DNA from: Octopus bimaculoides
Taxonomy: Eukaryota
Direction of reading: 5' to 3'
DNA length: 63,666 nt
NCBI RefSeq assembly: GCF_001194135.2
Contig: NC_068981.1
Coordinates: 152,772,627 to 152,836,292, forward strand
The position numbers were made by a program, and so were the translations under genes. The notes beneath the pieces were generated by a model that saw nothing but the letters and a program-made list of their open reading frames with translations, was not told the DNA's origin and did not search any database. Position 1 is the first letter of the stretch. Each line of letters opens with the position of its first letter. Shown in pieces: positions 51,085-63,622 of the stretch.

Positions 51085-52205
51085 GCAAATTGACTCAACC
51101 AGCATCTCAAAAGTAGCGAAAGGTCCCGCCTAAAAACGACACTGATGGAGATTGAAAAAAGGCTGCAACAATCCTATGTGAGGGAGAGAGCAGACAAAGA
51201 AGTCTGGGTTATAAAAAACATTAAGTCAAACGCAAAGGCCTTTTTTCATTACGCGAAAGAAACAGCCTCAGTACGCTGCAAGATAGGACCCCTCTTCGAA
51301 AAGGATGGCTCCCTCACAGAGAGTCCAACTAGGATCAGTGAGGTACTGAATGACCAGTTCAAAAGTGTCTTCACCACCCCGTTGGAACACAGACAAGTGA
51401 ATGAACTAGTGGAATTCTTTGCCATCTCCCCTATAACCAGCGAGGCAGTTACGATGGAATACATCGACATTAGCGAAGATGTACTACTAGCAATAGATGA
51501 AGTGGACACAAACTCAACTGCTGGTCCTGATGGTTTCCCAGCAATCCTCCTCAAATCGTGTAAGCATGCTCTGGCAAAACCCCTCCAGATTCTCTTCCAG
51601 AGCTTTCTTGCAAATGGCAGACTGCCAAGCAACAAAGAAGATTGTCTCTTTGCAACTGCTCAGCTACTGGGAAAGGCTGAAATAACTAAGACTCTGCTAG
51701 AGAAGGCGGGAGAAGTATGCAGTAATATACATCTGGAAGATCCTGGAAGGAATTGTGCCAAATTTTAGCATTGAAAGTTACACCAGTNNNNNNNNNNTCC
51801 TGGAAGGAATTGTGCCAAATTTTAGCATTGAAAGTTACACCAGTGCCAGAACGGGACGACACTGCATAGTGCCAAAGATCCCAGCAACACGATCGCGCTT
51901 CAGGACCAGTTACTGCAACAGTTTGATTTTCAGGGGCTCACAACTTTTTAATATTCTCCCAAAGAGCCTGAGGAACCTGCATAAAGTAGATGTAGGTGTT
52001 TTAAAATCAAAGCTGGACCTCTTCCTGTCGAGAGTCCCAGATGAACCTACCTCACGGCAAGAGGTGCAAATGAAGGTAGCTACATCAAACTCCATTCTTC
52101 ACCAAGCACCACATATTGGAGGAGGCTCTCAGTAATAACAGTGTAGCAAAACGGCGGTGCATCAGCATGGCCGCAGCTCTGAGCTGAAACTAGAGGGAAA
52201 AAAAA
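51085..52205 (+). mobile_element. CR1-like LINE lacking the RT core, with an intact 3' end
   Basis: IKSNAKAFFHYAK..KIGPL..SEVLNDQFKSVFT..STAGPDGFPAILLKSC..LAKPLQILF, joined directly to SYWERLK..RRREKYAVIYIWKILEG..LFNILPK..FLSRVPDEP; A-rich tail at 52197-52206. Confidence 0.9.
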
Positions 52206-53159
52206 GAATGTACAGTATTTTTAGGATGTTTCCTTATATATGTTTTGGTTCTTTTCAAAGAAAATAGTTTGTCGTTTTCTCTAAATCAGAACATTATTGA
52301 GTTTCTTGGGCTTTATTTCATAGAAGTGATGCATGTTTGGTCAGAGTTCGCAGATCGAAATTTGCACAAGTGCGTAAGACAGGTTATAGTAGAGAGAAGA
52401 AAAGTATGACCAGCATAGTTAGAGGGTTAAATGTATATAGTGAAGAGCTCACTAACGAATTAACAAACCTGTATGGAAATCATAATCAAAACCTTACGGT
52501 ATATCAGACTTGATGAAACGTCTTGTCCTACATTTTAGTTCCTGTAAATTTTGTTTTGCTTGACACTTTTTTTAACATCTCATTCGAGTTGTTAATCATT
52601 TACTGAACTAATTCACTCTTTGTTAATTTATATTGTCATATTTTATAATATTGACATCTGTAAATAGATTATATAATTATGCACATTGTAGCGGCGTCAA
52701 AATATTGCATTCTACAACTACGTTATTTCATTCTTCACATGCTAAAGCTGTTAGCAAATTCCTTTGTGTGGTAGGATATTTAAAGGCAATGAGCTTGCAC
52801 CGTTTGACATAAAATTGGCAAATGCCAGTCATTCTGTTTTCCATATCTTTCCAAAAGTGAAAAATATTCAGAATTCAAATTGCAGTATAAATAGATTTCG
52901 ATTTCATTCATTAATTCCAATTTTTAATACAAGGGTAGATTCAAAATTATAATTAATAATAGCAGTAATGCGTTGGTATAGCAACAGAAAGTACGTGCAT
53001 TATGTGTGTATATGGACACACACACACAGAAGCATGTGATACACGTACACACATCAAACACGTAAACACATCATACACACACACTACACACACACACACA
53101 CATACACACTCATATACATTTATTATTTTATTTTTAATAAGATTGGCAATGACTTCGAA

Positions 53160-53194
<35 letters not shown>

Positions 53195-53679
53195 TATATT
53201 GATATATTTGAACTAGTACCTTCATCATAGTCGTTATAGACACAATATTTCAGCAGTTGTAGTCTTCAGTCTTCTTAAGATGCCCTTCGTTTTTAGTAAT
53301 ATTCACGGAATTTCAAACCGAATCCTTCTTTATTAAATCCACGGGGAAAAAGTGTCCATACGAACCCTTCTCTCTCTAGTTAGCTTCCTTTCTTCTAATG
53401 TCGCTTACTCGTTTGTTTGTCTCATTCAACCTCTGTACACCTACCGAGAATCGTTTCAAATTCACATACAAATGAGATGTGTTCTGGTTAGTATTCGGAT
53501 CACAGTAACGATCTCCTCTCAAGAAAATCGACGCATTACTATCATTTTTTGTCTTCTTTTATAACTAGATTTAAAATCATATATTTTAGAAACAAGGAAC
53601 TTGGTATATTATTTTGATATTTATTGCTTTCCTTTACAAAAAAAATCATTAGTAACAAAATTCTCAAGATTTTTTACAT

Positions 53680-53902
53680 TAGGACCCCTTGTTTTCTCTT
53701 TTACTCCGATGGACCCCATTAGCCATTCGATGTTTAAAAAAAAATCATATTTCTATTATTAAATTTTATTAGGAATTGTATTTAAAAAATTAAAATATTT
53801 TGTGGATTGTAGAGTAACAACCAATTTATGGCAGATAAATTTTAACAACAAAATCTTATATGGGCCACCAAAGGCCATATCGACCCTGGTTGAGAACCAC
53901 TG
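53680..53902. mobile_element. hAT-type MITE right end
   Basis: Ends in ggttgagaaccactg (reverse complement of the CAGTGGTTCTCAA hAT TIR). The body resembles 18240-18550. Confidence 0.55.
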
Positions 53903-54776
53903 CGCTAGGCTCTTCTTGTTCCACTGCGCTTATTACAAATCGTGCCAGTTTTTACTCCATACAAAAACAGTCTTTTAACGGAGCAAAAATATATTTACAA
54001 CTACAAAGGCTTGCTCCGGTTATTAACTCCAAAAACATTTATAATCACGTGAATTTACTCTATCTTGGATAAATGGTTTTAAAAAGGTATGGACAATCTT
54101 CGTCATGAATTTTACCGTGATATGAGTATTAATGTTGTCCATCTAGACTATTACATTTTATCAATTGTGGAGTGTTCTTCACTGGGCAAAACAGCTAAGA
54201 ATAAAACTGAAAAGTTCCTCCTACTACCCTCATAATCTTTCAAGATTAACCCACTGGCAAAGTCACCGTTTTTCTGATTAACATAATCTTGTAATAGGCG
54301 CAGACATAGCTGTGGGGTAAAGAAGTTTATTTTTCAATTAAGATAGAGTGGGGATTGACTGCTTGGGCTAGGTGTGTCCCATTATAACCTTACAATGACT
54401 TTGGATATTAAATTTGTACGAGGCGGTTTTACGGAAAACGGTCACCACCCCTTCCTCCACTCATCCACCCACCTACCCACACAAAAACAGAAAGAGAGGA
54501 AAGAGAGAATGAGAGAAAGAGAGAGAGAAGAAATAGAGAGAGAAGGGAAAGAGAAAAATAGAGAGAAGAGAGAGAAAAGAGAAGAGAGAGAGATGAAAGT
54601 AAGAGAGAGATGAAAGTAAGAGAGAGAAGAAAGAGAGAAGAGAGACATATACACATACAGCATTACCTAGTTTTATCCTGTTTTTGTTTTTTTTAACAGT
54701 GGAAATAAGCACAATTGTATTTAGTTTGCAAGATTCTTGATGTGAACTCCAGTTTTGAAAAAAATTTTGTTTTTGC

Positions 54777-55135
54777 TTATTACCTCCGCCAAGGAAGGAG
54801 GTTATGTTTTCATCGGTGTTGGTTTGTCCGTCTGTCTGTCTGTGTGCAAAATAACTCAAAAAGTTGTGAATGGTATTTGATGAAACTTGCAGGAAAAGTT
54901 GGTAATGACACAAAGAACAGATGATGAAATTTTGGTGATGATCCGGGAATTTTTATGGATTCTTGAAAGATTTTTCATTTGTTATTTCTACTTTACATTA
55001 TACCCCTTGAAACACGCTCATCGTTTCCACGTAACCTATGGTGGCGTTGCTGATTCCAAAGTTTATTTTCGTCTCTCTATTTGTAATTTTACTCGCGCAT
55101 CTATCTTAAAATGAACTGCTTGACGGAGGTCTGCG
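54777..55135 (+). mobile_element. Helentron-associated (HINE/DINE-1-like) non-autonomous element, 3' truncated
   Basis: ttattacctccgccaagg 5' subTIR, (gtct)n microsatellite, and cttgacggaggtctgcg 3' subTIR. Confidence 0.6.
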
Positions 55136-55139
55136 GAGG

Positions 55140-55530
55140 ATGACATGACAAGCCTTGACTATTGGGATCGACTCAAAAAGCTCAGGCTTTGCTCCCTCCA
55201 CCGCCGCTGTGAGCTCTATATCTTCTGTAAGATGTGGAAAATATTCCATCAACATTGCCCATCGTCCGAGGCTTGGCTCCCGTGCCATCCGTCCACTACA
55301 AAAATGTTCGTGTCGTATCACAACACTATGACAGAACTATTTCACCTCAATTGGCCCTGCTCTTTTCAACATCGTGCCAGACACACTTAAAGGAGGAAAG
55401 TGACTTCATGGCATTCAAACGATCCTTAGCTGATTACCCCCAACAAATACCAGATAAACCACCCACACCCAGATCTGTCTCTGAAAACAATAACCCTCTG
55501 CTTGAATGGGCTACGGTTCCCCAGAGCTGA
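55140..55530 (+). mobile_element. CR1-like LINE 3' fragment
   Basis: LDYWDRLKKLRLCSLHRR..MWKI, then FKRSLADY..IPDKPPTP..NNPLLEW. Same clade as 51085-52205. Confidence 0.8.
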
Positions 55531-56144
55531 CTGTGTATCTCTTCCATGTAGTGCTATTAAATTAAAAATGGCATGAGTCAACTTCGGCTGAAAGTTATCT
55601 AAGTAATCTAATCTATGCTGTAACCTATTAATCAAAGCATGACAACGTGAGGAGAGGCTGATATCTTAACATTTCTGATGGTCTTAAGTATTAAAAAAAT
55701 ATTAAAGAATTACATTTAGAGTATATTTATAAGCTATTGCGTTTAGACCTGGTTTCTATCCTCAAACTATTCCGTTTTGTAAATGCATTTTATTTTTAAT
55801 AAAGCACTCCGAAATTAGAAAAATCAAAAATCTGCAACAATCTCGGTCCCATGAGTATCGGATAATGGATTTTCAACTGTGTAAAGAAACTGATTGTGGT
55901 GATCGTAGTTTTGACGGTGATTGTGGTGAAAACAGAATCAGTGTTGATGATGAGGATGGTCGAGATAAGTACGGGAGGAGGATAAAATAGTATCGGTGGT
56001 TATAATGGCGACAGGAGCGGTGTGATGTGTGATACTGAGGTGATGGTGGTAATAGTGGTGTTGATGATAGTGTTAGTTGTGTGAAGGTGATATTGTAGTG
56101 GTTATACTGGTTGTGGTAGTGAAAGTGACTGTGTTTTTTTGTTT

Positions 56145-56277
56145 TTTTTACCCCCGCCAAAGAGGTTATGTTTTTGCCGGTGTTGGTTTGGGAAATTGGG
56201 CGATTTTCTGCATGCGTGTATATGGGTGGAAATGAGCTGCTTGGCGGAGGTCTGCGCTCTCCGAGTGCCTTTCTAGT
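56145..56277 (+). mobile_element. Short HINE-like element
   Basis: cccccgccaaagaggttatgtttt...cttggcggaggtctgcgctctccgagtgcctttctagtt (subTIR plus 3' hairpin). Confidence 0.6.
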
Positions 56278-56304
56278 TATTATTATTGGCGTAATGAAGA
56301 CAGT

Positions 56305-56825
56305 GAGTTGGCAGTATCGTTAGCACGCCGAACAAAATGATTAGTGGCACTGTCCGTCTTTTTTTCTATTTTTTCGCCCTTTCAAAGCCTAGCCAGGCTC
56401 ATGGGCCCGGTTTCCCGGTTTCTACGGCGTATGTGTTCCCCCAGCTGGACGGGACACCAGTCCATCGCAGCGTTACTCAAGAAACAGGAAGAAAGAGTGA
56501 GAGAAAGTTGGAGCAAAAGAATACAATAGGGGTCGCCACCCACCCCTGCCGGAGCCTCGTGGAGCTTAGGTGTTTTCGCTCTATAAACACTCACAACGCA
56601 CTGTCTGGGAATCGAAACCGCGATCCTCTGACCACGAGTCCGCTGCCGCTAACCACTGGGCCATTGCGCCTCCACCCTGTCCGTCTTTACTTCTGAATTA
56701 AAAACTGCCGAGCTCTACTTTGCTTTTCACCCTTTCGGAATCGATAAATAAGTACTGGCACCGATGTAATTGACTAGACCCTGCCACCAAATTTTCAGGC
56801 TTTATGCCTATTGCAGAAAGGATTA
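56305..56825 (+). mobile_element. SINE family A split by a nested SINE
   Basis: Head at 56305-56361; the body resumes at 56677. Confidence 0.85.
56362..56676 (-). mobile_element. Young tRNA-derived SINE, family D, with a 12-bp TSD
   Basis: The minus strand starts ggtggaggcgcaatggcccagtggttagc..ggtttcgattccc (intact A/B boxes) and ends in an A-rich tail. TSD ctgtccgtcttt at 56350-56361 and 56677-56688. Confidence 0.92.
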
Positions 56826-56880
56826 TTATTGATGCAACGACTCTCCCAAGTTGCAGCAACGGTTGTTTGAATTCACTATA

Positions 56881-57081
56881 CAGTAATACCTCGACTATCG
56901 CAGGTGTTACGTTCCAAAACTCCCGCGATAGATGAAAATCCGCGAAGTATAAACAGTACTGTATTTTTTTTTATTAAGTTTGTAATTTGTATATATTTAT
57001 TTTATTATAAATGCAAAACAACACCATAGAAGAATCGACGTAAGCTTAAGTAATAAGCCGCGATACGGCAAGGGATTACTG
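56881..57081. mobile_element. 201-bp pogo/Tigger-like MITE
   Basis: TA-cagtaatacctcgactatcgc ... gcgatacggcaagggattactg-TA; imperfect TIRs of about 21 bp. Confidence 0.8.
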
Positions 57082-58194
57082 TATTTTGGATAAATAGTTT
57101 TAAAAAGACACTGAAAATCTTTAGTTGATCCGGGAATGTTGATTCACAAAGAAATATTGCATCCAGATAATTCAAAAGTTTATTCAAGGTGGGCTTTGTA
57201 AAAATGAACAAATTTAAATCATAAAATAAAATATTAATCTTACATTTGAAAACTGTTTTCCTAGGTAAATTTACTTTCATTCGAAACATAGCAATAATTT
57301 ATATAACTTCTCGAAAAGAATTATTTTACTCGGTAAATTATTTTATCAATTACTATTAATAGATAAAAATTTTAAATAAAAATAAGATTTTCTCTTTAAA
57401 AAGTAGTAGGAAAGTCAGCTTATGATTTTGCCCTTGAAAAATGTGCCGTTAAGCAAACTTTTAGCTAGCAAAGCGCCTTGTGCCGTGCAGGCATACCGTT
57501 GTGTGTGTGTGTGTGTGTGCCTGCGTGTGTGTGCGTGCGTCCGTGTGTATGCGTGTCAGCTCTCCCCTTGCGTTCCACAAATGTTATTTATTGGTATAAT
57601 TGTTTGTCGAGAAATAATTCAGATCTGTGAAAGTTTATTCCAATATATTTTCATTCTTTTAATATTGATATTAAATATTACACGGTATTGATAGATCACT
57701 AGTTCAGATACTTCTTAGTATGTGACATGGTCCGCTAAAGTATCGATTTAATGTGCTTCAACTCGCACTCCACCAAATGGACTTTGTGCCGTAAAAGCAG
57801 AAGTTCATATTTAATTATTTTCTATAACAATTTTATGTAAGACGTCTTATCTGGATTTTAAGAAAATAACAGCTACTCTTGTAGCTGTTTTGTCCAGGTC
57901 AACCCTAATTAAAAAATATCCTAACCATAACCGTCTCATCTGTTTGTATATTAAGAACTAAATAACTTAAAATGTCCTTCGTGTTTCAAGATGCAAGTCT
58001 GTGATTTTCAAGAACTGGAGTGTTATTGCTCGCAGGTCGAGTGACTGCGTAGAGACTCCTTGTAATACAAGGTTAGTGGTTCCAAATAAAAGTATTTTGG
58101 TGCATTCTGAACATGGATTAAAGGTCCATGCACAATTTTTTAGTCGTTTGAATCAACCCTATTACTTTTTTTTTTTAAAGCCTGGTACTTACTC

Positions 58195-58375
58195 TATCAT
58201 TTTCTTTTGCCAAACCGCTAAGTTACGGCACGTAAACTCACTAATATCGGTTGTCAAGCGGTGATGGGTGGGGACAAACACAGACACACAGACAAACTTT
58301 TCCAAGGTGCCGCACTGCAAGACTGAACCAGGAACTATGTGTTTGGGAAGCAAGTTTCTTACTACACAGCCACTC
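58195..58375 (-). mobile_element. SINE family B, deleted copy
   Basis: ttgccaaaccgctaagttacgg...ggaagcaagtttcttactacacagccac. Confidence 0.8.
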
Positions 58376-58740
58376 TGAAAACTACTTTGCAATATTTCTT
58401 CTGGCATTTTATGTTCTTTGTTCTAGTCCTCCAATGGTCAACTTTGCCATTCATTCTTTCGACATCGATAAAATAAAGTAGCATTCAGCTAGGATCGATG
58501 GCATCGACTAGTTTTTCCCTCTCGGAATTACTTGCCTTCAATCTAAATATGAAATTATTACGTTTACGTAACATCTAACAAAATCTTGCGGGCGGCACAC
58601 CGCTAGGGTACTATTGCTCTTGAGTTTGAAGACCCAAGTTGCGCTTTATGTTTGCTCGCTTTGTATATTGTTTTAGTGAAATGTAAATAAATTAGTGTAT
58701 AAGACAAGAGTACTGTTTGTGTATCCCCTAGTTATTACAG

Positions 58741-59115
58741 TTATTACCTCCGCCTTAGCAAATGTGAGAGTATTATTTTCGGTCGCGTTTGTTTGCTTGT
58801 TTGTCCGTGGACAAGATATCTGAAAAACCGCTAGATGGATTCGGATGAAACTTTTAGGGATGTTTGGTCTCGTGACTGGCACGAACTGATTAGATTTTGG
58901 GATTGATCCGGTACTGGACAAGGATTCTGGATTACATTACCGTCTTTTTTTTTACTTAATTTTTTAAAACGGCCGGGTGCATTTTTAGTATTCTCGTTTG
59001 TGAGAACAGTCGAGTTTATTTCAGATATTCTCATTTTAAAAATCATCTCTGGCTAATCGTTGAGAGGACGTTGGTGTTGCCTCGGCGGAGGTTTGCGCTC
59101 TATGAGTGCTCTTGT
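58741..59115 (+). mobile_element. HINE-like element, second subfamily
   Basis: ttattacctccgcc...tttgtttgcttgtttgtccg...ctcggcggaggtttgcgctctatgagtgc. Confidence 0.6.
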
Positions 59116-59289
59116 TTTAATTACCTTAATTCTTTCTGATGTAGTGTTGCATTGTGTCTGAATAAACAACTACAACTAAGTTTTCTTTTATTCTGGAACT
59201 ATAATAGTATTGCAATCTAGAATGAAATTGTTACTTCGAAATGATTATTTTATAATCATATTCTGGTATAAAATTTTGTTCTTTTACTT

Positions 59290-59665
59290 ATCTTTTACTT
59301 GTTTCAGTCATTTCGACTGCGGCCATGTTGGAGCACCGCCTTTAGACGAATAAATCGACCCCAGGACTTATTCTTTGTAAGCTTAGTACTTATTCTACCG
59401 ATCTACTTTGCCGAACCGCTAAGTTACGAGGACGTAAACACACCAACATCAGTTGTCAAGCGATGGTGGGGGACAAACACACAAACATATAGACATACAT
59501 ATACGACAGGCATCTTTCAGTTTCCGTCTATCAATTCCACTCACAAGGGTTTGGTCGGCTCATTGGTTATAGTAGAAGCCACTTATCCAAGGTGCCATGC
59601 AGTGAGACTGAACCCGGGACCATGTGGTTAAGAAGCAAGCTTCTTACCACACAGCCATTCCTGCA
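59290..59665 (-). mobile_element. SINE family B, full length
   Basis: tcttttacttgtttcagtcatttcgactgcggccatgttggagcaccgcc tail through gcaagcttcttaccacacagcca head. Confidence 0.9.
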
Positions 59666-59847
59666 CCTACAAATCTTTTATCTTTTACTTATTACGGTCA
59701 TGCTAGGGCACTGCTTTGAAGAATTTTTAGTCGAATGAATTGACTCTAGTACATTTTCCTAAGACTGGNNNNNNNNNNNNNNNNNNNNNNNNNNNNNNNN
59801 NNNNNNNNNNNNNNNNNNNNNNNNNNNNNNNNNNNNNNNNNNNNNNN

Positions 59848-59900
<53 letters not shown>

Positions 59901-61372
59901 CACGACATGCTTCTTTCAGTTTCCGTCTAACAAATCTACAGTGGTAGAAGACACTTGTCCGAGGTGCCACCCGGACCATGTAGTCGGGAAGCAAGTTTCT
60001 TATCACGTCTGCGTCACATGTTCAGTATATTTATAAAATATATTATTAACAAGGGATTGATAGATCACAAGTCCAGATGTGCGTAACATTGAGCTTTAAA
60101 GAATCGATTTAATGTACTTCGATACACCCACTCCATCAAAATAGGCTTTGTATCTTTAAACAACAGAAATTCCTAGCTAACGCCACCACCACCACCACTA
60201 CTATCAACGCTTCCACCACCATCAACAACAACAACGCTTCCACCACCACCACCACCACCACCACTACTATAAAGAAATTCTTCAACACTGAGGTCAAGAA
60301 AACATGTTTTCTCTTTTCACTTATCAGCAACATTATCTTGTATGATTACTGTCTTCAGGAAAAAAATGATTAAAAAAAAAAAATCAAAAAAAAAAACAGA
60401 AAAAAGAAATAATTTATTCATCCTGAAAAAAGTGTATGAATCATTTAGATCTTGAACATTTGACAGAAACACACGTATATTCGAGAATGGCATGGATTGT
60501 CAGTTCATTGGAGGCGTGTATTCTACTTTAACGAAATGCTTACCATTGTTTGAGTTCTTGCAACATAGAATCGGCTTCGTATAAATAAATCCAATTCTAA
60601 AAAAAAAAAAAATTCTTCTGTACATTAATTCCTGTTAATTAATAACAATAATTAAACGAAAAGACATCTGCAATAAAGATTTAAGTCGTGTAAATAGGAA
60701 CTAGGTCTTTCTATTTTAGCTTAAACGACTTTCAATCAACTAAAACGATTAAAGGACATTGGCGGCACTAAAGCTTATTGGAGAATTTAATAAACTAGGT
60801 GGTGACACAAAGTGTTATTTGTATATATGGGCGGGATTGGAAGGCGGGTAGGTACTAGCTTTAAAAGGAATTGTTGATTAAATAATTGCCTATATGGATT
60901 TAGGTCTATATATTTGTAGTAAGAACGCTGAGCGGTGCTCGTAGTCTGCTGTCACAGCCAAAGTAAACAGGTCTCTCTGTACGATAGGACGAATCCGAAA
61001 GGTCTCAAAGAGTTTACAAACAAACAAACAAAAAGGTAAACGTTACATCTGGTTTATCTTTATTCGCTTAATTTTTACTGTCTTCATTGTACATTTTTGT
61101 TATTTTCCCTGTTTCTATCAAATGCAACGCCATACATATTTTGCTTGTTCAGTTCCATACATTATAGTTGAGCATACAATAAACAGTGGTTTCAAATCCT
61201 GTCTACCACCTAAACACCTTTAAACACCTAAACAAAATATTTCAGATTTATGTCGAACAATTTTTTCTAATTTCAAACAGAATAAATCTTAGAATTATAC
61301 ACTTGCGCACGCACACACGCTGACATACATGCACACACACATATCCTACGGATCTCCGACAGTTTCGACAAT

Positions 61373-61783
61373 TAGTATTCAGGCTTTGATGTCCTCGATT
61401 GTGAAACTATCTGCATAATATCTGCGTGCGCGTGCGCGTGTGTGTGTGCGCGTGTATGTGTGCGTGTGCGTGTGTACGCGCGAGCATGTGTACATGTTAA
61501 CGTAAGAACCCTTCTTGAGTTATAGCATTAGTGGCTGAATATTCCACAGACACGGACACCGTTCATGTAACAGTGACTGACAAGGTTGGACATGCGAACT
61601 ATTGGTACAACCCTGCCAACGGGATTCGACACAGTTCCATTCCACCTATTTCTATTCACACAGCAGGACTGACTCGAGATTTTAGCAAAAAACACTAGCC
61701 CAACGTGTCATGCAGTGAGACCGAACCAGCAAACTCTCGATTGAGCGAAATCTTTAACTACTCGGTCATTATTGTGTCCACAT

Positions 61784-61828
<45 letters not shown>

Positions 61829-62999
61829 NNNNNNNNNNNNNNNNNNNNNNNNNNNNNNNNNNNNNNNNNNNNNNNNNNNNNNNNNNNNNNNNNNNNNNNN
61901 NNNNNNNNNNNNNNNNNNNNNNNNNNNNNNNNNNNNNNNNNNNNNNNNNNNNNNNNNNNNNNNNNNNNNNNNNNNNNNNNNNNNNNNNNNNNNNNNNNNN
62001 NNNNNNNNNNNNNNNNNNNNNNNNNNNNNNNNNNNNNNNNNNNNNNNNNNNNNNNNNNNNNNNNNNNNNNNNNNNNNNNNNNNNNNNNNNNNNNNNNNNN
62101 NNNNNNNNNNNNNNNNNNNNNNNNNNNNNNNNNNNNNNNNNNNNNNNNNNNNNNNNNNNNNNNNNNNNNNNNNNNNNNNNNNNNNNNNNNNNNNNNNNNN
62201 NNNNNNNNNNNNNNNNNNNNNNNNNNNNNNNNNNNNNNNNNNNNNNNNNNNNNNNNNNNNNNNNNNNNNNNNNNNNNNNNNNNNNNNNNNNNNNNNNNNN
62301 NNNNNNNNNNNNNNNNNNNNNNNNNNNNNNNNNNNNNNNNNNNNNNNNNNNNNNNNNNNNNNNNNNNNNNNNNNNNNNNNNNNNNNNNNNNNNNNNNNNN
62401 NNNNNNNNNNNNNNNNNNNNNNNNNNNNNNNNNNNNNNNNNNNNNNNNNNNNNNNNNNNNNNNNNNNNNNNNNNNNNNNNNNNNNNNNNNNNNNNNNNNN
62501 NNNNNNNNNNNNNNNNNNNNNNNNNNNNNNNNNNNNNNNNNNNNNNNNNNNNNNNNNNNNNNNNNNNNNNNNNNNNNNNNNNNNNNNNNNNNNNNNNNNN
62601 NNNNNNNNNNNNNNNNNNNNNNNNNNNNNNNNNNNNNNNNNNNNNNNNNNNNNNNNNNNNNNNNNNNNNNNNNNNNNNNNNNNNNNNNNNNNNNNNNNNN
62701 NNNNNNNNNNNNNNNNNNNNNNNNNNNNACGTACCTCTCTCTCTCTCTAACTCTCTCTCTCTCGATATATATACATATATATATATACACACATATATAT
62801 ACATACATATATATATATATATGTTCAAATTTCTTAATTCAGGCTTTGATATCCTCGATTGTGAAACTATCTGCATATCTGCGTGCGTGCGTGCGTGCGT
62901 GCGTCCGTGCGTGTGTGCATGTGTGCGCGTATGTGTGTGCGCGCGCGCGCTTGTGTGTGTGTACGCGCGAGCATATGTACATGTTAACGTAAGAACCCT
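61373..62999 (+). repeat. Two diverged direct copies of a 140-165 bp unit (61373-61512 and 62835-62999) on either side of a gap
   Basis: ttcaggctttgat(g/a)tcctcgattgtgaaactatctgcata...tacgcgcgagcat(g/a)tgtacatgttaacgtaagaaccct appears in both. Confidence 0.85.
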
Positions 63000-63132
63000 A
63001 ACCGCGGTCTTCCGGTTTACTATGATTAGACACATCACTGTCTAAAAAATGAAGATGGATATGTATACGTGCATAAGTATAAACACGTAAGTAACCTGTC
63101 GTTTAAAAATGGATAAATATGCTACATAAATT

Positions 63133-63167
<35 letters not shown>

Positions 63168-63499
63168 ATATGTCTATAAGCGCGCGTGTGTATGCCTNNN
63201 NNNNNNNTGTGCATATGTCTATAAGCGCGCGTGTGTATGCCTAAGACGTAACTAACTAACGTTTTGCAAATTGCCCACATTCATACGTTCGGAAAATGAG
63301 TTAATTACTCCGTTATCTTACTCTTCTGATTTCACATCTATCTTCCTTCTGAGTCCATTTAAATATGTAGTGGCTGTTGTTATTGCTTAACCCTATGATA
63401 GACCTGGATTGAACTGAGCTATGATTAAGTGCACACTAGCCATGACCATCCACCATTTTACCCTTTTATTTCGACCTAATGCGTGTGTGTGCATACGTA

Positions 63500-63600
63500 C
63501 AGGCTTGGCTATGTGGTAAAGAAGCTTTGAAACCATGTGATTTCGAGTTCAGTCCCAGCGAGCAGCACATTGGGCAAGTGTCTTCTACTTTAGCCCGGAA
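63500..63600 (+). mobile_element. SINE family B head
   Basis: ggcttggctatgtggtaaagaagc..gagttcagtccc..ttgggcaagtgtcttctact. Confidence 0.75.
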
Positions 63601-63622
63601 ATTTTGTTGAAGTCTATGCTAG

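Noticed and set aside
56600-56676. tRNA genes (also at the heads of other SINE copies)
   Set aside because: These are tRNA-derived SINE heads that continue into SINE bodies; I found no complete cloverleaf.
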